Positions 1 through 8,487 of a stretch of 15,981 nt of DNA are shown one piece after another (position 1 is the first letter of the stretch; each line of letters starts with the position of its first letter). The translations under genes were made by a program, and so were the position numbers. The stretch is taken from the NCBI GenBank assembly GCA_003221005.1, contig QHTZ01000025.1, forward strand, positions 1-15,981, written 5' to 3'. The notes beneath the pieces are model-generated. The model searched no databases and was not told the DNA's origin. It saw only the letters and a list, made by a program, of their open reading frames with translations. This DNA is from Gemmatimonadota bacterium (GTDB lineage Bacteria; Gemmatimonadota; Gemmatimonadetes; Gemmatimonadales; GWC2-71-9).

Positions 1-2
1 CC

Positions 3-713
3 GCCCACTGGCGCCTCACCAGCACGCCATTCCGTACGCCGGACGAGTGGGCGGCGGCCATAACCGCCTACCTCGGCCAGGCGGGCCACTCCACCCAGGA
101 AGTGCGCGCGGCAGTGGTCGCGTCGGTGGTACCGCAGGTGACGCAGAGCGTGTGCGATGCCGTCGAGCGCGCGACCGCGACTCGGCCCCACGTGGTGGAC
201 GCTCGCTCGCGGCTGCCTATCACCCTCGACGTGGACGAGCCCCTCACCGTCGGCGCCGATCGCATCGTCAACACCCTCGCTGCGTCGCAACTGTTTCACC
301 GCGACACGATCGTGGTGGACTTCGGCACCGCAACGACGTTCGACTGCATCACCGGGGACGGGCGCTTCATCGGGGGCGTGATCATGCCGGGGGTCCGGAC
401 CGCGTCCGACGACCTGGTGCGTAAGACGGCGAAACTGCCGGCCACCGAGCTCACGCCGCCGCAGCACGTGATCGGGCGCCGTACGGAAGACTGCATCCGC
501 TCAGGCGTGCTGTGGGGCGCGGCGGACGCGGTCGACGGTTTGGTGCGCCGCATCAGGGCCGAGTGGCCGAACAGCGGGAAGCCGCACGCGATCGCGACCG
601 GGGGCCTCGCTGGCCTCATCGTGCCGCTCACGCGCGAGATCGAGTCGGTGCATCCGGATCTCACCCTCACCGGGCTCCGGCTCGCGGCCGGCGCGCTCGG
701 CCTCAGCTGGTGA
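3..713 (+). CDS. coaX: Type III pantothenate kinase (5'-truncated by window edge)
   Basis: Frame is open from position 3 (AHWRLTSTPFRTPDEW...). CoaX motifs SVVP, VGADRIVN, VVDFGTATTFD, GGVIMPG and ATGG are present. Stop TGA 711-713. Confidence 0.95.
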   Translation, partial: AHWRLTSTPFRTPDEWAAAITAYLGQAGHSTQEVRAAVVASVVPQVTQSVCDAVERATATRPHVVDARSRLPITLDVDEPLTVGADRIVNTLAASQLFHRDTIVVDFGTATTFDCITGDGRFIGGVIMPGVRTASDDLVRKTAKLPATELTPPQHVIGRRTEDCIRSGVLWGAADAVDGLVRRIRAEWPNSGKPHAIATGGLAGLIVPLTREIESVHPDLTLTGLRLAAGALGLSW

Positions 714-1639
714 CAGAAGCCTCCGCTCGCGCCCTCAACGCCTGGCGCCGCTGGGGCTATCGCGTGCTTCCAGGCGACCTGTTCTCCTACGTGTTGCACC
801 TGCGTCCGGCCGAGTGGCCCATCATGGCGGGGCACACGGCGCTCGGGTATGTGCTGGCCGTCGGGATCACCGGCGTGGCGCGTGGCGCCTGGCTGCCTCA
901 GGCGCTGACGGGACTCGTGATATGGGTGGTGTTCCTGAACGGCGGCACGCTTGCGATCAATAGCGTATTCGACCGGGACGAGGGAGACATCGGGTACCTC
1001 ATCACGCCCCCCGCGCTGCCGCGATACCTCTTGGCCTTCAGCCTCGCGTTGCTCGCGGGAGGCCAGCTGCTCGCGCTCTTCCTGCCGCGGACCTTCCAGC
1101 TCGACTATGCCGTCTGCTTCCTGCTCTCGATCCTCTATTCGGTGCCGCCGTTCCGCTTCAAGGCCGTGGCCGGCGTTGACTGGATCATCAACATGTGGGG
1201 CTTCGGGACGCTCACGCCCCTTGCCGGCTGGGCGGCGACGGGGCGGCCGCTGGATCTGGGGCATGCGCTGATCCTCGTGGCGTTCTGCCCCCTGTTCGCG
1301 GCATTGTATCCGCTTACGCAGCTGTATCAGTTCGACGAAGACCGGCGCCGCGGCGATCGCACGCTGGCGCTGATCCTCGGAATGCGGACCAGTCTCGCGC
1401 TCGCAATCGGCTCAACACTCGTGGGGTTCGCGCTGTTCACGTGGGCCGCCGCCCGGCTCGATGTGGGTGCCTGGGGGCTGGCGCTCGGCGTCCCGCTCGC
1501 TGCATGGCTCGCCGTCCTGCTGCCGTGGTACCGCGGGCACCGCGCGTGGACGCCACGGGAGCATCAACGAGGCATGTACCGCGCGCTAGCCGCTTGGGCT
1601 CTCACCGACCTCGTGGTCCTGTTGGTGTTTGCCCGCTGA
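710..1639 (+). CDS. UbiA-family membrane prenyltransferase (~309 aa), substrate unknown
   Basis: GTG 710 overlaps the coaX stop (GTGA). Many TM helices, first Asp-rich motif NSVFDRDEGD, YSVPPFRFK motif, second motif YQFDEDRRRGDRT. Confidence 0.85.
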   Translation: MTEASARALNAWRRWGYRVLPGDLFSYVLHLRPAEWPIMAGHTALGYVLAVGITGVARGAWLPQALTGLVIWVVFLNGGTLAINSVFDRDEGDIGYLITPPALPRYLLAFSLALLAGGQLLALFLPRTFQLDYAVCFLLSILYSVPPFRFKAVAGVDWIINMWGFGTLTPLAGWAATGRPLDLGHALILVAFCPLFAALYPLTQLYQFDEDRRRGDRTLALILGMRTSLALAIGSTLVGFALFTWAAARLDVGAWGLALGVPLAAWLAVLLPWYRGHRAWTPREHQRGMYRALAAWALTDLVVLLVFAR

Positions 1640-1656
1640 AGCGGCTGCTGTAGATT
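1629..1656 (+). promoter_or_regulatory. Putative sigma70-type promoter (TTGCCC-N16-TAGATT) for a leaderless transcript
   Basis: TAGATT 1651-1656 lies 6 nt before ATG 1663. No Shine-Dalgarno sequence. Confidence 0.35.
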
Positions 1657-1662
1657 GACAGC

Positions 1663-2280
1663 ATGTCCGCCACCGTCGCGCCGCAAACGACAGATCGCTC
1701 CGATTTCCGTACCGTCATCACTGGTGGGACGAAGTTGGGTCTCATCACGGCAGCGGCGGTCGTGCTCTACCTGCTTGCCTCGAAGCACCTTCCCGGCACC
1801 GGCGGGGTACGGAGCGGCGTGGAAACGCTCGTCGTTCTGGCGGCGGGGGTCACGGCGGCCTTCCTTCCCGGTCTGTGGTGTGCCGCGCGCAACGCCGAGG
1901 GCATTGCCGGCGCCGCCGCGATGGGGTTGTGGGGTACAGTCGTGTTCTCGGTGATCGACATTGTGCTGCTGCGACCCGTCAGAGCGTATCCTTGGACCTG
2001 GGACGCGGTCGGCGGCGGCACGACGTGGTGGTACCTGCCGATGTGGTGGATCCTCGGAACGTTCCTCGCCTGGATGGGCGGCACGCGCATCGCGCTGAGC
2101 GCCTCTCGCGGTGAGGCGACCGGGCTGCGGGTGGCAGTGCTGCCGCTTGCCGGCGCCGTCGTCGTCGCCGCGCTCGCGAAGGTCGCGGGTCTGGCCGTGG
2201 TGTTGCCGGTTGCGGCGGGCGCGGGCTTTGCCGTCACCCTGTCGGCGCTCGCCGTCATCGCCCTCGCCCGCAGCGCGTAG
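1663..2280 (+). CDS. Hypothetical integral membrane protein (205 aa, ~6 TM)
   Basis: Fills the gap between genes, has hydrophobic helices and GC3-biased codons. Trp-rich motif YPWTWDAVGGGTTWWYLPMWW. Confidence 0.8.
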   Translation: MSATVAPQTTDRSDFRTVITGGTKLGLITAAAVVLYLLASKHLPGTGGVRSGVETLVVLAAGVTAAFLPGLWCAARNAEGIAGAAAMGLWGTVVFSVIDIVLLRPVRAYPWTWDAVGGGTTWWYLPMWWILGTFLAWMGGTRIALSASRGEATGLRVAVLPLAGAVVVAALAKVAGLAVVLPVAAGAGFAVTLSALAVIALARSA

Positions 2281-2292
2281 CAGGAGGGGGCG

Positions 2293-2577
2293 GTGCCCCG
2301 CTGGCTGGCTCACCTACTGGTCGTCTGCGGATGGCTCCTCACGCCGGTCCTGGCGTGGGGAGCTTCGTATGTGGGCCTGTGGCTTGGCGCGCGCGTCGCG
2401 CTGCGCTTCGCGCACCCGCTGACGATGCTTGGCGTGGCGGGGCTCGTCGCGGCGGTGTGCGGGTTGGCCGCGCTCGCCATCTGGGTGCGGTTCATGCGCC
2501 GCGTCCCGCACCTCCTGTCGCATCTCATGGCCGCGCGCACGTCAGAGGAACCTCGCGCGGCGACCGCCGCCGACTGA
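2293..2577 (+). CDS. Small hypothetical membrane protein (94 aa, 2 TM)
   Basis: AGGAGG RBS at 2282-2287 before GTG 2293. Two hydrophobic segments. Confidence 0.75.
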   Translation: MPRWLAHLLVVCGWLLTPVLAWGASYVGLWLGARVALRFAHPLTMLGVAGLVAAVCGLAALAIWVRFMRRVPHLLSHLMAARTSEEPRAATAAD

Positions 2578-2582
2578 CGGTC

Positions 2583-3542
2583 GTGCGGCTTCCGCTGCTC
2601 GCCCTGTGGCCCGCGCTGCTCGGCGCCCAGGGGCGGGGGCGGGACCTCGAGCTCCACCTCGGGAGCTGGTACGGCGACAATCGCGCCCACACGTACGAAT
2701 TCCGCACCAGCTCCCCCCTCTCGGGCGCGCTCACGCACGGCTTCACCGCGGCGGTGCTGTTGAACGACAGCCTCGGGCGCCGGCGCGCCTTCTACGGCGC
2801 CGGATACGAGATCCAGGCCTTCCGTGGTCGCCGGGCGCTCGCGCCGTACGCCCTGGTGGGCGCCGCGCTTGGTCTCTCGACCGACACGGCGAAGCAGCAG
2901 CTCGGCGTCATGTGGAGCCTCGGCGGGGGAGTCGAATGGCGGCCGGCGACCTGGTTCGCCATCGGTGCGGAAGGGCGCTACCGTCTGGAGGATCGCGGAC
3001 CCCGGGGCTTCTGGCGCCCCGGCCCCGACGCTCGCAGCGGGCTCGGTGGCTCGCTCGGCATCTCCGTCGGCATCGGGAGGCGGGAGCCGAGAGGCGGGAG
3101 CGCAGCGTATCCGCCTCCCGTCTTCGCTCTCCCGCCTCCCGGAACGCTGAGCGGCAACGCCGGCGACGTGGTCGAGACCGCGCTCGACGTCCTGGGAACA
3201 CCCTACCAGTGGGGCGGTACCGCCGACAACGGCTTCGATTGCTCCGGGCTGATCCAGTATGCCTACGGGCAACACGGGATCCGCCTGCCGCGCCGCAGCC
3301 GCGATCAGGGGCAGGTGGGCGCCGAGGTCACGCCGGCAGTCGAAGCCCTTCGCCCGGGGGACATCCTGCTGTTTTCCATGCGCTCGGGCGCCGGCGTCAC
3401 GCACGTCGGGCTGTACGTCGCCGACGGGAAGTTCATCCACAGCACCAACAACGGCGTGAAGCTGTCGCGGTTGGAGCCGCATGATCCCGAGGGCGCCTAC
3501 TGGCTCGCCCACTGGGTGGGGGCGCGGCGGGTGATACCGTGA
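2583..3542 (+). CDS. Outer-membrane beta-barrel-like domain fused to NlpC/P60 (C40) peptidoglycan peptidase (~319 aa)
   Basis: GTG 2583 gives the signal-peptide-like MRLPLLALWPALLGAQ. Alternating strands (APYALVGAALG, WSLGGGVEW, FAIGAEGRY, GGSLGISVGI), a Pro-rich linker, then GTPYQWGG, GFDCSGL, HVGLY and FIHS (Cys-His-His triad). Confidence 0.85.
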   Translation: MRLPLLALWPALLGAQGRGRDLELHLGSWYGDNRAHTYEFRTSSPLSGALTHGFTAAVLLNDSLGRRRAFYGAGYEIQAFRGRRALAPYALVGAALGLSTDTAKQQLGVMWSLGGGVEWRPATWFAIGAEGRYRLEDRGPRGFWRPGPDARSGLGGSLGISVGIGRREPRGGSAAYPPPVFALPPPGTLSGNAGDVVETALDVLGTPYQWGGTADNGFDCSGLIQYAYGQHGIRLPRRSRDQGQVGAEVTPAVEALRPGDILLFSMRSGAGVTHVGLYVADGKFIHSTNNGVKLSRLEPHDPEGAYWLAHWVGARRVIP

Positions 3543-3547
3543 ATCAC

Positions 3548-3636
3548 CGTTATACGTCGCCACGTCGCTACGTTTTACGTATGCATCGCAGTCTCGTACA
3601 ACGTAGCGACGTACAACGTAACGTCGCCTTAGCGAC
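3548..3636. repeat. ACGT-based short-period repeat forming an inverted repeat/hairpin
   Basis: ACGTCGCTACGTTTTACG (3562-3579) pairs with CGTACAACGTAGCGACGT (3595-3612), 17/18 matches. Eight ACGT copies in 3554-3624. Small hairpin GTCGC-CTTA-GCGAC at 3623-3636. Confidence 0.8.
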
Positions 3637-4024
3637 CTGTCTCGCCTCCGCCGCCTGCCTCTTCGGCTCCCGCCCCCCCTCACCCATCCGCGGCTACCGC
3701 GTGCTGATCGAGGCGCACGACTCCCTCAGTGAGTACCTCGCCGACGTGCTCTCGCACCGGGGGTTCACGGTCCGGCGCCGGATCGAGGGGGGCAGCGCTC
3801 CGACGGCCGCCGTCATCACGTACACGTACCACTACCACGACGGGGGAGCGTCCCCGGTCACGTGGTTCAATGTGGTCCTGGCGGATACCCGCAGCGGCGC
3901 AGTCGTGGCGACGGTCTCGGCGCCGATCGATTCGCTCGGCGCGACCCCCCGGGCCCGCGCCCACAGCCTCGCCGACTCACTGGCCGCCCGGCTGGAATCA
4001 CGCACGCCAACACTCCCCCCTTGA
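3581..4024 (+). CDS. Putative lipoprotein (alternative start GTG 3539)
   Basis: Hydrophobic stretch ending LASAAC (lipobox-like). The mature part has an alpha/beta pattern ending in VVLADTRSGAVVATVS plus a helix, reminiscent of CsgG/TolB-N-like domains. Stop TGA 4022-4024. Confidence 0.65.
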   Translation: MHRSLVQRSDVQRNVALATCLASAACLFGSRPPSPIRGYRVLIEAHDSLSEYLADVLSHRGFTVRRRIEGGSAPTAAVITYTYHYHDGGASPVTWFNVVLADTRSGAVVATVSAPIDSLGATPRARAHSLADSLAARLESRTPTLPP

Positions 4025-4049
4025 CACTGCCGCCGCGCGTGGAGAGATT
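4021..4049 (+). promoter_or_regulatory. Sigma70-type groESL promoter, TTGACA-N17-GAGATT
   Basis: Consensus -35 at 4021-4026, 17-nt spacer, -10-like GAGATT 4044-4049, directly upstream of CIRCE. Confidence 0.75.
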
Positions 4050-4061
4050 GTCCCCGGCGCG

Positions 4062-4088
4062 TTAGCACTCACCTGACAAGAGTGCTAA
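4062..4088 (+). promoter_or_regulatory. CIRCE element (HrcA operator)
   Basis: Perfect TTAGCACTC-N9(acctgacaa)-GAGTGCTAA upstream of groES. Confidence 0.97.
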
Positions 4089-4142
4089 TAACATAAGAAG
4101 TAATCGCTTAGGTGAACACGCACCGAGGTGGAGGTTCCTACC

Positions 4143-4457
4143 ATGGCACCGGGGACTGCATCGAAAACCAAACTCAAGATCTTCCCGCTGGCCGACCGCG
4201 TGGCGATCAAGCCGCTCGAGGAGACCGAGACGATGAAGGGCGGTCTCTACATCCCTGACACGGCGAAGGAGAAGCCGATCCAGGGCGAAGTGATTGCCGT
4301 TGGAACTGGACGGCGGGAAAAGGGCGAAGTCGTGCCGATGGAGTTGAAGGTCGGCGACCGGGTGGTCTACGGCAAATACAGCGGTACGCAAGTCGAACTC
4401 GAAGGGGAAGAGGTCATCCTGATCAAGGAATCTGACGTCATTGCCAAACTCGCCTGA
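4143..4457 (+). CDS. groES: Co-chaperonin GroES (104 aa)
   Basis: GGAGG 4130-4134 before ATG 4143. Motifs [38 protein letters not shown]. Confidence 0.98.
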   Translation: MAPGTASKTKLKIFPLADRVAIKPLEETETMKGGLYIPDTAKEKPIQGEVIAVGTGRREKGEVVPMELKVGDRVVYGKYSGTQVELEGEEVILIKESDVIAKLA

Positions 4458-4487
4458 GGCGTCGCCTCGAGGCAGGAGGAATTGCAG

Positions 4488-6122
<1,635 letters not shown>

Positions 6123-6150
6123 GGCTAGACTGGTAGACGGCTAGTAGACG
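6123..6150 (+). repeat. Short degenerate TAGAC/GGCTAG repeats after the groEL stop
   Basis: TAGAC at 6126, 6134 and 6145. GGCTAG at 6123 and 6139. Confidence 0.5.
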
Positions 6151-6162
6151 TGTGGACCGACG

Positions 6163-6195
6163 GCGCCCCGGGAGCAATTCCGGGGCGCTTGTCTT
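6163..6195 (+). terminator. Rho-independent terminator of groESL
   Basis: Stem GCGCCCCGGGA / TTCCGGGGCGC with a GCAA tetraloop (6174-6177), followed by TTGTCTT. Confidence 0.8.
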
Positions 6196-6231
6196 GAGCC
6201 AGGGCCTTCTGGACGTGAGTATCTTGTCGGT

Positions 6232-6525
6232 GTGAGCCGTGTCCTGGCCGCAGTCACCTGGTTACTGCTCCTCGGCGAGCGCCTTCCCGCCCAGAGTAGC
6301 GGGCCGCGGCGGCTCCACCTCCTGGTGGGTGACAGCCTGTGGCTCACGTTGGGCGACGGCGTGTGGATGGTCTACGGCCTGCGGCTGGGAGGCGACAAGC
6401 TCACGATTTCTGGCGGCGATCTCGACAAACCGGTAACGCTGCGGCGCGTGGGTCCCGCCACGGCCCGCCCCGACACCCTCGCGATTCCTCCGAGCCCACC
6501 CGACACCGCGCGGGCTTGGGATTGA
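6232..6525 (+). CDS. Small hypothetical exported protein (97 aa)
   Basis: Signal-peptide-like N-terminus (MSRVLAAVTWLLLLGERLPAQ), beta-rich core and Pro-rich tail. TATCTT -10-like hexamer 6 nt upstream. Convergent with the kinase gene. Confidence 0.6.
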   Translation: MSRVLAAVTWLLLLGERLPAQSSGPRRLHLLVGDSLWLTLGDGVWMVYGLRLGGDKLTISGGDLDKPVTLRRVGPATARPDTLAIPPSPPDTARAWD

Positions 6526-6528
6526 CGG

Positions 6529-8409
6529 CTACCGCTTGAGCTCCTGCACGCCGGCCACCCGCCAGCCGGTCGGCGTCTTGGTGAACCGCATCGTCAGGAG
6601 CGCGTGCTCTTCCCGCTGTGAGCCGCCCCCCTCCGGCACGAAGCGATAGTCGGCGAGCACCCTCGCCCGGGCCACCGTGTTCTCTACCCGGAGCGACTCC
6701 GCCGCATAGCTCGCCGCGAGCTGGGTGGCGCGGCGGAAGAAGCTTTCCCAGCTGGCCGCGTCGCGCGCGGTCATCGACGGGAACACCAGTCGCAAGTTGG
6801 CCACGCGCTCGCTCGCGACGGCGCGCTCGAGGTCGAGGAGCAGGACGCCGATGGCGGCGCGCGGCTCGGCCGGCTGGGGACTGGGCGGCGCGACCCCGGC
6901 TGCTACTCCCACCTGCTCGGCATCGTGCGCCGCGAGGGTCGCGAGGGGGTAATCCATGGCCGCGAAGAGCGATTCCGCGCGTGCCAGCGACGTTCCCGCC
7001 CGGGCGGCCTCAGGGCGCGTGGCCAGGCCTTGGACGACCGGCGTGGCCCGCTCGATCGCGCGCCGGGACTCGTCCCGCAGCTGCTCCGCTTCCTGGCGGG
7101 CCTTGCGATACTCAGACACCGCCCCCAAGTAGCCACTCGACGCCCGCGCCTGGTCCCCGGTGCGGAGGGCCACCTCGGCCGTCTGGAGCATCGCATCCGC
7201 GAGGACGATCGACCGCACGTTGTTCTTCGCTGCGCCCACTCGGCGGGCGCGCTCCCGCACCGCCAGGGCGGAGTCGCGGAGCGCGACGAGCGCCAGGTTG
7301 ACACGCGGCGGCAGCCTGGTGGCGAGCAGCTGATCCAGGGCCGTCGGCGCGTCGGTTGGGTGGTCCGATGTGACGCCCGGAAACGGACCGCCGGCCTGGG
7401 GGGGCAGCAGCGCGGGCTGGACCGCGCCGCGCGACACGTAGGACAGGGCGAGCACCACCGTCGCGAGCGCCGACAGCACCACCACGCGCCACTTGAGGGG
7501 TGTGTGGGTGATGAGCCGCAGCAGGGGCAGGGGGATCGGCGTCCACCGCGGGGACAGGCGCTGCGTGGTGTCCGACGCTCCCGACAGCGCGGCGCGGATC
7601 CCGAGCAACGTGTGCTGCATCTGCCGCGCCGACTGGTAGCGGTCTTCCGGAACCTTGTTGAGCGCCTTCCCGACGACGCGCTCGAGTCCCGCGGGAATGG
7701 ATGGCGCCATCGTGCGCAGGGGTTTCGGATCCGTCGTGAGCACCTGATACAGGACGCCGTGGACCGTCTCGCCTTCGAACGGCTTCCTATAGCTGAGGAG
7801 CTCGTACAGCAGGCAGCCGACCGAAAATAGATCGGTGGCGGGGGTGATGGGCCCGTTCGTGACCTGCTCCGGGGCCATGTAGTTCGGCGTGCCGACGATC
7901 GCTCCTGATCCCGTCACATCGGCCGACTGCAGGCGCGCGATCCCGAAGTCCATGATCTTGACCCGCCCGTCGGCGGCCACGCGCACGTTGGAGGGCTTGA
8001 TGTCGCGGTGGATCACGCCACGCTCGTGCGCATAGGCGAGCCCTTCCAGCAACTCGATCACGATGTCGAGCTTGCGCTCGAGCGCGAGCGGCTCGTTTGT
8101 CGCGATGAGGCTGCTCAGGTCCCGGCCCTCGACCAGCTCCATCGCGATGTAGAGCTGGTTTTCGGCTTCGCCGAGGTCGTACAGGGTAACGAGGTTGGGG
8201 TGTTGCAGCACGCCCGCGGCGCGCGCCTCTCGCAGGAATCGCAGGCGCGCGTCGCCGGTTTTGCCGATGCGGGTGCCCAACAATTTGAGCGCGACGTACC
8301 GGCGGATGACGGTGTCATACGCCTTCCACACGACACCCATCGCCCCTTCGCCGATGAGGTCGTGCAGCTCGAACTTGCTGACACGGCGGAATCGTTCCGT
8401 TTTCGTCAT
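6529..8409 (-). CDS. Hanks-type Ser/Thr protein kinase with one TM and an extracytoplasmic helical plus NTF2-like region (~626 aa)
   Basis: Motifs GEGAMGVV, VALK, HRDIKPSN, DFG, GTPNYMAPE and DLFSVG. TM segment VVVLSALATVVLALSYV. ATG 8409 (MTKTERF) is the likely start. Confidence 0.93.
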   Translation of the reverse strand: MTKTERFRRVSKFELHDLIGEGAMGVVWKAYDTVIRRYVALKLLGTRIGKTGDARLRFLREARAAGVLQHPNLVTLYDLGEAENQLYIAMELVEGRDLSSLIATNEPLALERKLDIVIELLEGLAYAHERGVIHRDIKPSNVRVAADGRVKIMDFGIARLQSADVTGSGAIVGTPNYMAPEQVTNGPITPATDLFSVGCLLYELLSYRKPFEGETVHGVLYQVLTTDPKPLRTMAPSIPAGLERVVGKALNKVPEDRYQSARQMQHTLLGIRAALSGASDTTQRLSPRWTPIPLPLLRLITHTPLKWRVVVLSALATVVLALSYVSRGAVQPALLPPQAGGPFPGVTSDHPTDAPTALDQLLATRLPPRVNLALVALRDSALAVRERARRVGAAKNNVRSIVLADAMLQTAEVALRTGDQARASSGYLGAVSEYRKARQEAEQLRDESRRAIERATPVVQGLATRPEAARAGTSLARAESLFAAMDYPLATLAAHDAEQVGVAAGVAPPSPQPAEPRAAIGVLLLDLERAVASERVANLRLVFPSMTARDAASWESFFRRATQLAASYAAESLRVENTVARARVLADYRFVPEGGGSQREEHALLTMRFTKTPTGWRVAGVQELKR

Positions 8410-8437
8410 CGAGCCTGTGACCCAGGGGCGCAGGTCC

Positions 8438-8466
8438 AATGTGCACCCGCGGGCCGTGACCGGCAA
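8438..8466 (-). promoter_or_regulatory. Possible kinase-gene promoter, TTGCCG-N17-CACATT
   Basis: On the minus strand, -35-like at 8466-8461 and -10-like at 8443-8438 with an exact 17-nt spacer, in the 78-nt intergenic gap. Confidence 0.35.
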
Positions 8467-8487
8467 CGGGTTGTGGGCCCGTGCTCG

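Noticed and set aside
512-709. N-terminal extensions in the ORF track (starts at 512, 2331, 4128, 4482, 8466, 9903, 10922, 12021)
   Set aside because: They overlap neighbouring genes or regulatory DNA. Downstream starts fit RBSs, GTGA overlaps and family N-termini better.
1655-1660. Perfect TTGACA just before ATG 1663
   Set aside because: No -10 element lies 17 nt downstream (GCGCCG, inside the CDS), so it is not credible as a -35.
3548-3636. Repeat region read as a CRISPR array, tRNA or intrinsic terminator
   Set aside because: There is no repeat-spacer periodicity and no cas genes, no cloverleaf, and no U-tract after the stem.
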